Shown here: one piece after another, positions 1 to 11,140 of the stretch | How positions within the stretch are numbered: position 1 is the stretch's first letter | Layout: every line of letters begins with the position of its first letter | DNA from: Gonapodya sp. JEL0774 | Taxonomy: Eukaryota | Assembly: GCA_027604505.1 (NCBI GenBank) | Contig: JADIIX010000061.1 | Span: 62,001 to 126,000 of the forward strand | DNA: 64,000 nt | Direction of reading: 5' to 3' | Notes under the pieces: generated by a model | Told to the model about the DNA's origin: nothing | The model's database searches: none | Seen by the model: the letters and a program-made list of their open reading frames with translations, nothing else | Made by a program: the position numbers and the translations under genes

Positions 1-874
1 TCAAGGCAGTGTTCGAACCTGACTCAGGGGCGGCGTTTGCGGCAACGGTTGGAGAGGAGGACTTTGTGGTGGTCACTTTGCGGGATGTCGTACTCGCGGT
101 CATGGTGCCATCAGTTGTTTGATCCATTGTGGAGGAGGTGTCTGTTGTCACTTCGGGAACGGGAGTTGGCGAGGCGACGGGAGCTGGTGCAGATGTCGGG
201 GCGACGTCGGGCGGGGGTGGAGCCGCGGAAGTTGCAACAGCCTGTGAGCTCGTTGCCACTTGAGCTGGGGTTGTAGTCACAGCTGCCGCGGAGGAGGTCC
301 GTTGTACTGAGGAGGATGATGCCGGCGAGGAAGTTGGGGAACGAGATGCGGTGGATCCGGATGTCACGACAGATGCTGAAGAGGTCGCAGTTGGGACATC
401 AGAACTTCCAGTGGACATTGTACTGTTGGCATCCTGGCGGGCAACCAAGATATGCGCTGGTGGGTGACCTGACGGGTGAACATATTTCAGAAAAGGATCT
501 GAGCCAGAAGTCCCCCAGAGAGAGATCCAAGGTAAACCAGGAGCAAAATATGAAAACGCTCCTGTGTTGGGTCTTTGAATCTGAAACAACTCATCCAGAC
601 CTGCATCTCGTCCTTGAGGCCACCTCCAAAAAGAGATATACATCCAATATTCACGAGCGGGAAGACTGAACCCTCTCGAAATAAAAGACAAAGGGCCAAA
701 AACGATGTCTTCGTTCCGAACTTGAACGACCATTGCCAACTCACCTTGGAAATCGATGCCCGTTTCCTCAGTGCCGCCCCACCATGATGCCTTCGCCCCT
801 CCCAAGACTGACGCCAAGACTGCGAGCACCAGAATCCACAACGCTCTCTTTCGGAGCCGGTGTGCAGTCACCAT
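1..874 (-). CDS. Secreted/cell-surface Ser/Thr/Pro-rich protein, 3' end outside window
   Basis: ATG at 874 gives MVTAHRLRKRALWILVLAVLASVLGGAKA (signal-peptide-like). GTGAGT donor at 744 and CAG acceptor at 469. Exon 2 reads GHPPAHILVARQDANSTMSTGSSDVPTATSSASVVTS...PAPVASPTPVPEVTT and stays open to the window edge. Not in the ORF track. Confidence 0.7.
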   Translation of the reverse strand, partial: MVTAHRLRKRALWILVLAVLASVLGGAKASWWGGTEETGIDFQGELAMVVQVRNEDIVFGPLSFISRGFSLPAREYWMYISFWRWPQGRDAGLDELFQIQRPNTGAFSYFAPGLPWISLWGTSGSDPFLKYVHPSGHPPAHILVARQDANSTMSTGSSDVPTATSSASVVTSGSTASRSPTSSPASSSSVQRTSSAAAVTTTPAQVATSSQAVATSAAPPPPDVAPTSAPAPVASPTPVPEVTTDTSSTMDQTTDGTMTASTTSRKVTTTKSSSPTVAANAAPESGSNTAL

Positions 875-1789
875 TTTCGTACGTTGGAGCCAAGCTCGTC
901 AAATTCCCTGGAAACCCTTGCGGCCTCTGGCTGGATCTCAGTGCTCAGGATTACACCGTCGGGTAATCTGTTCACACACTTATCCATAATTAGAAACACA
1001 ACAAGCACCGCCAATCGTTTCATATATGTGGCATTTTTTCATTTCCATGTAAAGCTCTAATATTTTACAACCAAGTGGGCTCATTTCAGATACAATAGAA
1101 CTTCTCTTCTTGTTATAGAACTGACATTCCTTCTCAAACGCTTACACTCCCCCCATGAACACTACCTGACCTGCTACTGATAAATTTTCGGGTACGCATG
1201 CACAGTCATCTTATACTGGGACTGAGAAAATTGGAAAGCGGGGGTGTCCAGTCGTGCAAAGCTAGACCCGCCAACAACAAACGACAATCCCTTGAGTCTG
1301 CAAGCCCAAGAACGTTCAGTCAAACAAGACTACGAACGTCTACGCTAGGGAACATGAAAGCAAATGCACCTCTTCTCTATTTGTGCTCTCTCATCTCCAC
1401 AAGGACGGGATATCACTTCTTGCAGGTAACACATTGTGACCGGTTTCCTGATCTTTTGCGCTGCTCAAACTCCAATGGCAACCTGTGCTAATTGCCTCTT
1501 TTGCAGTTCTAGGTTGATTCGTCGTCCGGGAGCACTATGTATTCTGTTGTGGGGTTATGTGAAGGCAGGAGACTGCGAGAGCTGCTGATCAAGATCCGAT
1601 AGGACGCGCACGCATTTGAGTGCCCACCACCAATGTCTCATTGAACATTGGTGGTGTGTATTGACGCTTCGATATATACTTCCTATTTTAGTCAAACAAT
1701 CATCTGATAGACTTTCCACCCCGTTCTGATCACCATAAAAATACTGAAGTAGTTTCCATAATTCGAGTACGATTAACTTTTCTTCGCGA

Positions 1790-2837
1790 TTAGACTGCTG
1801 GGGACACTGTGAGCCTTTCCGATGAACCCTCGCCGGATTCGAACTTCTCAACGCGCTCCCTGTTCATAAGGAGCCAAAATCCGAAACCAGCCTTGGCCGA
1901 CACGTCCATGAGTGCGTACCTGAAAGGCAGAATGAAATGCGTTGAATGTCACATAATGGCACCCCGAAACGTTGACAATACTTACAAGCCAACTTCCAAC
2001 TCAAGGGAGATCGTGTTCGTACCCTCGGCGAGGACCCACACAACAGGGTAGATAGTCCACAGAATGAGGGTGAGAATCGACAGCTGGTCAAACAGCCTTC
2101 CGTGAGCAGAGGACTTCGCGGCTGCCAAGGCTCGGGCGGGGTACACGAGCTCGTAGAGAATTCCGAGGTACGCGAAAGATCCAAATGCGAAGTAACCCCA
2201 CTTGTAATTGTCTTGGGCAAGGCCGCCTGAAAAGAAACTGTGTATAAGATATCCGGTGGACGGACAGCAATGAATGAGTACCAACCGAGAAGACCAGTCA
2301 CAATCATGACCAAATCCAAAAAGATGGCCCAGAAGATAGAAACCTTGTCGGAACCAGCGAGGAGCATAAGATCCAACAGCAGCAGTGGAGTGGTGAGGGT
2401 CCAATCAATGTCTGTGAAGGAATTGAGTTGAATAGTGAGATCACGTGGAAGATGATGTGAAGTCAAAACTGGATCTCACATCGCGCATAGTAGAAGTTTC
2501 GCGCGCCAGCAGGGACTGTTCCGTAGTCAGCCGCCATGGAGTAGTCTGTAAAGATTCTTGATCAACGCATGCTCACAACAACAAGATCTCAGGTGCACCC
2601 ACATGCAACGGCAGCAATCATGGTGATTGCGGCGGTAATGTAATGGAACAATCGCTGCTGCGATGGAAGTCGCGCAGCAATCAAGAAGAACCACGTCGAT
2701 GACAGGGTGAAAATGCCGAAAACACCCCAGAAGAACCCGTGTGCCGTGCTGGAAACCATCGGAGTGATGCCGACTTGCTGGAGAGTGTAGGTGTTTTCGG
2801 AGAAGACCTGTTGCAGCATGGAGTGATCCATGGTCAT
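1790..2837 (-). CDS. Type-1 microbial rhodopsin (bacteriorhodopsin-like fungal opsin), 265 aa, 5 exons
   Basis: Exons 2837-2603, 2545-2480, 2411-2286, 2226-1986 and 1919-1790 sum to 798 nt in frame, all with GT-AG introns. Motifs: YARYIDWTLTTPLLLLDL (helix C), FLDLVMIVTG (helix D), WTIYPVVWVLAEG (helix F), YALMDVSAKAGFG (helix G, retinal-binding Lys). Confidence 0.95.
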
Positions 2838-3479
2838 TTGCGATCTGTATGTTCGACTTTGAGAAACTTCGACAGGCTGATAAGGAAACCGTCATCGGCA
2901 TTTTCCGAGCCGACTTAGCACAGCGCAGCCAGGAGATCACGCCAGTGTGCGCCCTTATGTCTTGCGTCTCGTGTAGTTCAGATTCAGACGCCGCGCCATG
3001 GGGGGAACCACTCACGTTGATTCAAATCACGAGATTTGCTTCCAAGTGGGACTAAATTTTATTACGAGGACTGGCCTTTAAGACTTTGGATCTTAGATTC
3101 ACACTGTCCATCTGCCTGAATTCCTGAGGCTGGGGAGCGATGCGGTTTCTCTCAACACGTATGGTGGCCGCAGGACTTTTTTTTCCCTGGGAGACATGAT
3201 CACACAACATAACATCTTATATATTTATGTGGAATGAGTGGAAACTCAGTTCTCTTGTGTTTTGAAGAGGGGCTTCGTGGAGCGTTCAGCGTTACCAAAC
3301 AGCCCACTCTCGCCCGGCCCTTGCACCGTCCTCTCAAATTTTTCTCTCATCAAACTGTTCCAAGGTTCGGTGTGATCAACTATGACAATAATGACGAATC
3401 GGGCCATATATCACGCTCGGAATGACAAGAATGAAACAGTTGAAGTGGCTCTATTACGTAACACTACAACATTGAATCA

Positions 3480-4965
3480 TCACTTCGCACCAAGCATCGT
3501 CCACATGCGTTCTGCCCCCAAATTCTCGTCGGCCTTGCCTCTGATCAACTCGAACCACCACGAGTTGAACGCTACCTGCGCTCCGAACAACCGCAGGGCC
3601 ACCGCGCCTGTGTGACCCATCGGCATGAAAATGCCGCGAGTCCACATGCCGTTCTCCGAGAGAGGGTCGCGAGTTGTGAGGACCGGTTTGTGTTCGGGGG
3701 ATGGGGAGGAAGAAGACGCTGCGATGAGTGTGAGGATGTTGTCCACGGCGACGGTGGACTGGGCGAACGCCATCCGGGCAAGCTTCATATCCTGCGTATC
3801 CGCAATGTCTCCGCAGACAAAGACGTTGGGGAAGGATGCGTCGGCGATTTGGAGTGTGGGAAGGACTTTGACAAAACCGGTCTTGGTGTCAATGGACGAC
3901 GGAGACAGGGAGAGGAGAGGGGCAGATTGGGGTTTGAGGCCTGTGCACCAGAGCTGTTGGATTGTGGGGTTCGAAATTGATGAAAAAGATTGCATGCGCG
4001 AGGCGGAAGGGACGACACAGTACTGACCACAAGGTCGGTTTCAATTTCGGTGCCACTTGTGGTCTTGACGACATGAGCTCCACCCTTGATTTCTTCGGTC
4101 GAAACCACCCGCTCTCCAAACACCTGTTCTACTCCATTCTTGCTGAGAATGGTCTCGATGACATCGTGCAGTCCATTCCCGTAGACCTCCAAATAACGCT
4201 TGCGTGAGTGCACAAGGACGACCTTCTTCTTTGGATACCGCTCTGCAACCTCTGCTGCAATCTCAACACCAGAGCCACCTCCTCCAACAACGACAATTCT
4301 ACGAGCGCCGATAATCCGCTTTTGCCAGTCCTTGAGCTCGTCGATGGAGTCTTCTTTGGTCTGTATGCGTTCCATTTCGGTGGGTGAAGGGTGTTTGGCG
4401 CCAGCGGCATAGATGAGGTAGGCATAGGGTATTGTCGTAGTCGCTTCTGAGCCGAGTCTGGTGTCGGTCACGGATCGGTCGAGTACGACGTGGGCGGGGG
4501 TTACTTCCAAAACTTTTGCGGAAACCATGAAATTCGGTGAGCCATCGGGAAAGAGACCAGAGTACGGGATGAACAAGTCTTGCTCTGAGAAGATTGATTG
4601 AGAGCAACAGCTTCAGGTCATAGATTACTGAAGCGTCGACGTTGTTCAGCAACACCAACCGAAATCCGGAATAACCGACGCCCGAAGGAATGCGAATGTG
4701 TAGTGAAAGTGGGAGCGCGGCTCTATCACGATGATTCTGTAGTCGGAGGGCAGCTTATTGCGCGCTGCAAGGACTGCCGAGCATCCTGATCCATCAATCG
4801 ATCAAGAGTGTGAGAAAACGAATACTTTTCGCCACATGTGCGTTTCCAAGTAGCCGAGAAAGACATTGTACCGCTCCAGGCGGAGCTTTATGTTCCATGT
4901 CGTTTCCCACTTGACGTACCGGCCCAGCTCCCACCAACAATCACGATGTTCTTGACTTGAGCCAT
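3480..4965 (-). CDS. AIF/AMID(FSP1)-like FAD-dependent pyridine nucleotide-disulphide oxidoreductase
   Basis: Starts MAQVKNIVIVGGSWAG (FAD-binding GxG motif). Second Rossmann motif RIVVVGGGGSGVEIAAEV; WCTGLKP; NVFVCGDIAD. Multi-exon. Confidence 0.88.
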
Positions 4966-5539
4966 TCAAACAATCAACGAAATGACAAGGCTATTCCGTG
5001 CCCATATATCAACCGGTCATTTTTACATATTCAATGCTTTCACTTTGCGTTGTCTTCGGTCCTCCGATCCAATCGGGGTTTGGGTCACCCCGCTCACCAG
5101 GGAGGCCACAGACTCCGAATCACCATTTTCATTTTCCGCTGTTTGTTGAGCATGAAATTTGACAAAACGTGCTGAACTTCCACCATCGGAAAACATGTAA
5201 ATGAAGCTTCAAGTCCGGGGACGATTCATGTATGTACATACAATGTTGCCATACGAGTTCCCCATGTCTGTGAACGTGTTCGCACGGTATGCCAGCATCT
5301 TCGATCATAACGCTCTTGAATTTGTTTGAGAAATTGAACTGCCGATGCTACCCTGAATGATCACATCAGCGGATTCCCATTCCTGACTCCTAAAACGTAA
5401 ACCTTCTGGGAAAACGGGCGAATCAGAACCAAACACCACCTCAACGGACATCCGCAAAAGCGACGGAAGGTTTTGAATGCCCTCCGACTTTTAATCTCTT
5501 CGAAATGCGCGCTTACCTTGCCAGCTTGCCATCACCCCA

Positions 5540-7937
5540 ATGTCCGATGAGAAAGTCACCCAAACGTCCGACGAGAAAGGAAAGCCCTTTGCATTCCCCA
5601 CTCCATCAGAAGAGTCTGAGCTTGCTGGTGCCCAGTCGATCACCCACACGACATGGACCAAAATCGACCTGGTGATGCTGTTTCTCGGGTGAGTCCGCGT
5701 TCCTGGAGGCTTGGCCAACAGAATCACTTTGCTCACAATATTTACCGATACTTACGACGCTTCTTCACATTCACCATCTACGACAAGTCTATTCATGTGC
5801 CAACTGGCGTCTTCGCTGGAAGAGCAAATGACCTACACCGCTGCCCCCGACGTACTCTCGGCGTACAACGCACTCTGGGGATACGTCTACTTGTCCGCAA
5901 TTCCCAGTGTCATCGTCGCCGCGTTGAAGCCGGCCTACTCCAAGTTTAGCGACAAGTACGGCCGAACTGCTACGGTTACTGTATCGGCGGTGTTTACCAC
6001 CGTGGCGTACATCATATTGTGGACGGCCAAGGACTACTGGACTTTCTTCGTGGGACAGATGCTGCAGTCGATCGGAACCACTGCTTTTTTCGTGGTATCC
6101 AACATTCTCATTGCTGGTGAGCAATAGACTGAGCGATCCAGTGTATTCTCCTGATCGAAGGACCCCTCACAATAACCTTCCGTGCTCTCACAGACATCGT
6201 CCCACTTATCTACCGAGGTAGCACCCAGGCGTATCTCCTCATTCCGAACCTCTTCCTCAGCTTTCTCGCACCGTACCTGGCCAGCGTGCTCCTCAAGGTC
6301 AACTTCCGCTGGATATTCGGTGTCGGGGGTATTTTCTGGCTCACGTTCAACTACGTCACCATCTTCGTCCTCGCGAGGGCTTCAGCTCGGTGGTACGCTG
6401 TTCACGACCATAACTCACGGGAAGGTGCGAGTGTCAAGCGGGGCCTGCTGAAGACGTTACTCGGTCCCTCGTCGGGCAGCCATTCGTCGTTCAGAGACAC
6501 CCTGAAGGAGCTCGATGCCGTTGGACTCTTCCTCGTGACGTTCGGTACGGTTCTAATCTTGGTGGCGTTCAACCTCAACACCTCATTCGAAGGGGGCTGG
6601 GGATCCCGTAAGTTCTTCTTGGCACTTCAGTCGGTTTGTGTTCGAGTTGAGAATCTGACACGATGGGGTCCCATGCTTAGCAACCGTTATCTCCATGATC
6701 GTCGCCGGCGGACTCATGTTCATCCTTTTTTTGGTGTGGGAGGCCAGGTTCGCCGCCTTCCCCGTCGTCCCTATGCGGCTTCTTCGCAACCCTACGGTAT
6801 TTGGCTCCCTCATCGTAACAGGGGCTGTGTACATGGCCGCCAACACGGCGGTCTATTGGTTTAATCCGTTCGTGAGGGTGACCAAGTTGGTCGATGTGGC
6901 GGTGGCGGGGTGTAAGTAGTACCTCGACTGCAGAATAGGAGGAGTTCAATGAAGCCCCACCAGTGCCTGTCCGGCAGAGTGGGGGTTCTGTTTTGGCGCC
7001 AATCACCGGGCGGGTTGAAGCATGCGATATCAGGCACTTTCTCATGAAACTCGAAACCCCTCCCTCCACCCCCCCCCCCCCCAACCCCGTCCCCCCTCCC
7101 CGCCCCAGACCTCCAATACGGGTACTTTGGCGGCTTCTCTGTCGGTGCCATTTTGGCCGGCTGGCTTATGCAATGGACTGGACGTTATAGGGTCATCTGC
7201 TGGAGTGGATCCGCTGGAGTGATCCTCGCTCTTGGGTTGCTCATCAACATGAAGGGCCAGGAGACTTCCGAATGGGAACTGGGAATCGTCCAGGCGGTTG
7301 CTGGTTTGTCTGCCGGTGCGGCGATCAACGCGGCGTCCATTGGGCTGCAAGCGTCCTTGGAGCACAGAGGTAAAAGCTGTAATGTCGCACCAAACGTATT
7401 CATTCGTTCAACTGACGTCGCTTTCACGCCATTCTCCAGACATTGCCATTGGAGTCACCCTCAAAGACTTCTTCGTCTACTTTGGTGGCACACTTGGTGT
7501 GGCAGTCGGTGGAGCCCTCTGGAACCGCATACTTCCCCAGACCCTCATCGCCCGCCTGCCTGACGGAGATTTGTCTTTCCTCGATGTGTCGCGAGTCGTG
7601 TCGGACATCAGCTACATCGCGACACTTTCACCGGCGCAGTTTGTGCTTGTTCAAGCGGCTTACGTGGAGACTCAGCGGTATGCGAGGTGAGTTGAGTTGA
7701 TGGGAGAGAAAATGAGTGAAGATGGGACTCATGGAAATCTTTTGGTCTGCTATTAGCATCGCTGGGCTTGTCATCATGATTGTTGGCTGCATTCCAGCCA
7801 TGTTCATGAAGCACGTGGATCTACGGGAGGCGAAACAGACTGGTAAGTAGCATTGAATCTTATGCTTGAGTCAGAACCAGCTTATGATGTGATCATACTT
7901 ATTTTTCACAGCGGCAGAGATCTCTGACTACAAGTAA
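5540..7937 (+). CDS. MFS transporter, siderophore-iron (Sit1/Arn/MirB-like) type
   Basis: Many hydrophobic exons. Motifs ALKPAYSKFSDKYGR, ILIADIVPLIYRG, LKELDAVGLFL, PVVPMRLLRNPTV, FGGTLGVAVGGALW, AYVETQR. Starts MSDEKV and ends at TAA 7935-7937. Substrate class is inferred from motif resemblance. Confidence 0.82.
7056..7107 (+). repeat. Poly-C / C-rich low-complexity tract at the 3' end of an intron
   Basis: cccctccctccacccccccccccccccaaccccgtcccccctccccgcccc lies immediately before the CAG acceptor of an MFS-gene intron. Confidence 0.8.
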
Positions 7938-8233
7938 CGTGTTCGTAAATGTGAGGACCAAGTTAATGAAACGGAAAAGTAATCCGGGAACAGGGCAGAG
8001 ACGACAGTTTTGCTATAGATATATCATGCTAATATAGATATACATACTTGCCCATAATCGTCTTTTCACGTGCATTTGGGGGGACATGGCAGGTGACCAC
8101 TTGCGGCGTCACAGATGGCCGACAGAGATGAATCGCAGTTCCATTTCGATCCAAGGACATACGAGCGATTTCTTCGCTGCCAATCCCTCTAGAGGGAATT
8201 GATTAGTTTCATTTCCACGGCAAGCATTGCAGG

Positions 8234-10915
8234 ATGGCAGACGAGAAAACCAGATTCACCATAATTGAAATAGGCGAGTCCTGCATCGGATCCCGTTCCT
8301 ACTCATTGAAACTCATCAGCCATAATCAAAACACTGCTGTCGCCAGTCTCGGGTCTCCGTGTGGGGCTGGGGATCGCCCGTTCCGCCACGGAAACCGCAT
8401 TCGATATATCGAAACGTGCGACAGCTTTCGGTTTCGGGGCTGCTCAAGCTGCTATCAGTGCTGCAGCTGTAGTACCGAACCTCATTGTTGACAGCACCGC
8501 TCACACAGACGTGGACGAAGAAGAGAAAAACGATGGTGACAAAGACCTTTCGCCTTCTGATCACGCAACCACGGAGCCCGTTTCAAGTTCGTTTCGGGCG
8601 CCGCTCTTACCACCCCCGACTGATCCAGTCTTCGGCACGGTCTCTTCCATCCTTCGATTTGCACATTCTGCAACTCACGCGGCTCTGTCCCTCGCCCAAT
8701 TTTCCGCTACCACCTCAATCGCTGCGTCCTCTGCAGCCCTGCGGGCTCTCGATAACGTCGTGACCTCAAACACTTTGCTTCCCTCCCCACTCGGTGACCA
8801 TGGCTCACGATCTCATACGGGTATCTTTCGGCTCATGGTCCGATTCTCGGATCTGCTGGATGCAGATACGCAATGGACGCGAGACTACCCCGATACGACG
8901 CTCCTTCAGAAGTTTACTGCTCTTCGTGCATTGCTGGCCATACAGGCAGGATCGAGACATCTCCGGTATCCTTGGGACTACCCTAGCACAAGATTGATGA
9001 GCCTCGAAGAAGTAAACTCCATCACATGGTTAGGTCACACCACCGCAAATGATTTTACCAGAGCCGATACAGTCAGTCCTATGGATCTTGATGAGCCTGA
9101 CTCATTTTCTGTCTCCAATTCGATCGCCCATTTCCAACCGACCTCGCCTTTGCCTTCGTCTCGCTCTTCCATCTCCTCTACTTCCCCTTCCTTCAACCTA
9201 CTGCTTGGCGAGATCGGAAATTCTTCATCAAAACCCTCGCAACCACCTTCCTCAACATCGCACGGTTTAACTACTTCACACCCTGCTCCTACCAAGTACC
9301 TTCATTTACTTTATCGAGCCATGACCATATCGTATGGTGCATACGGTAAACACGCCAAGGTCTTTTTCGGATTTTGGGATCGGGTCACTGGGGACACCGC
9401 TGCTTCAAAGCATGACGAGTTGTTCGCGGAGGGGTTGGAGGCTTTGTTTGGATCGGGGATAAATGCCCAGGGAACTGATGTGTCTCCCACTCGCGGAGAT
9501 AACACAAGTGAGACTGATCTTGCTGTTGAGATGGACGCTGAAATGGGTTTAGGTGGAGATACTGTGTCATCACTCAGTGAACTATCCGGTTCAGACACTT
9601 TGCGTGAGGCTAGTGGTGACTTGGTGGCGGATGCCATATTGGGTGCGGAGTTGGGTGAGGCGGTGAACCAAGTGGAGGGAACCCCTGAAATATGTGGTGA
9701 AGTGACGAACCTCGGAAGCGGGGATATCCGAACATCTCAATCAGAAAACACTCATTCCTTGCCGCCCACTCTGTCTGGGCCGCAAAAACTTCTTCACCAC
9801 CCGTTCTCCTACCACCCGACATTCCTTCTCCTCGCAGACCATACTACCCACACCATATTCCTCGTTCTTCGGGGGACGATGTCCCCACACGACCTGCTGG
9901 TGGATTTATCGGCCCGCTCCGTTCCTTTTGTCCACCCAACTTTAATGCGACTGCCTAACCCTCCCTCGCGAGTAGCCTCAGGTGGTACTAACTGCACCCC
10001 GTATTTAGTCCATGAAGGTATGATGGACGCGGCCAGGGCGGTTGTTGATAAAGATGGCGATGTGATGAGGGAGTTGGCGAGGGCGATGATGATGTGGGAA
10101 GAATACGGGGTTATTGTAGTTGGACACAGTTTGGGTGCCGGGGTGGCCGTGCTGGTTGGAAGCTTGTTGGCCGGTGAGTTGATCCAATAAATGTTTGTGA
10201 ATACCGCGGACTTTTCTCCTGTGATCGGCAATCATTTCCCCAACAACTCGCAGATCCCACCGATTGCCGCACTCTCCCAAACTTGCCCATACCATCCAAT
10301 CGTCATCTTACATGCATTGCTTTCGCGTCTCCTTGCATTGCGTCCTTGCAACTCTCTTTGGCGCTGCGAGGGCCTTACGGCACTGCGCGTCCTCACCACA
10401 ATCACGATAACAACAGTGCCGCTAAGAGAGCGTTTGTGACATCGGTCGTTGTGGGGTACGATCCGGTACCCAGATTTTGCGTGGTTTCGGGGAGAGATGT
10501 GAAAAGGAGAGTCGGTGAGTTGTGTCGGGATGGAAAAATGGCAGAGGAAGCACTCTCCCGTACCGATGGTGCGAATGTTAGTGCAGAGTGGTTTACCAAT
10601 GCCCTGGCCGAGATTACAAGAAGAGCTGCAGCTCGAGCGCAAGTCGGCTTAGAGGATGAGCCGGAATGGGGTACGGTGCCACTGTACCCCGCCGGGAGGA
10701 TCTTGTGGCTTCGGAAAGAGCTGCACGGGAATGGTGGAGGTTGCGGAGGTTTGGGAGGGTCACCCAGATGGAAAGTGTTTGATGTCGGAACTGGGGCTTT
10801 GGAGGGCGTGTGTGGGGAAATGGAGCTGGGAGGGGACACATTGTGGGAGCATATGCCAAATGTGTACGAGAAGGTTTTGGGGGAATTGTTGACGGAATGT
10901 GTAGGTCGAATCTGA
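8234..10915 (+). CDS. Class-3 (fungal/DAG-lipase-like) alpha/beta-hydrolase lipase
   Basis: Motifs IFLVLRGTMSPHDLLVDL, VHEGM, nucleophile VGHSLGAG, AFASP, DPVPR, LYPAGRI and EHMPNVY. An intron near 10174-10253 joins ORFs 8361-10190 and 10283-10915. The start assumes a GC-AG first intron (8274-8319). Confidence 0.85.
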
Positions 10916-11140
10916 TCGCTTTGATGCACAAATGCAGACAGCAAAAGTATTGTGTGATTGCACAAAGGCAAATATACAACAGATAGCATAAGTTTCTTTA
11001 TGTTAAGTAGCATTTAAGTTGCTTTATATTAGCAATCCTCTTGCAGAATGGGCGTGACAAAATTGGTAATGGGTTAAGAAGATTAAAGTAATAAGAGGGA
11101 TGACAATTGCCAGTCCCAAATACGGCTTTTGTGATGCATC

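Noticed and set aside
1555..1851. C-terminal effector (cyclase) fusion on the rhodopsin
   Set aside because: The rhodopsin frame stops at 1790. ORF 1555-1851 is in another frame and shows no cyclase motifs.
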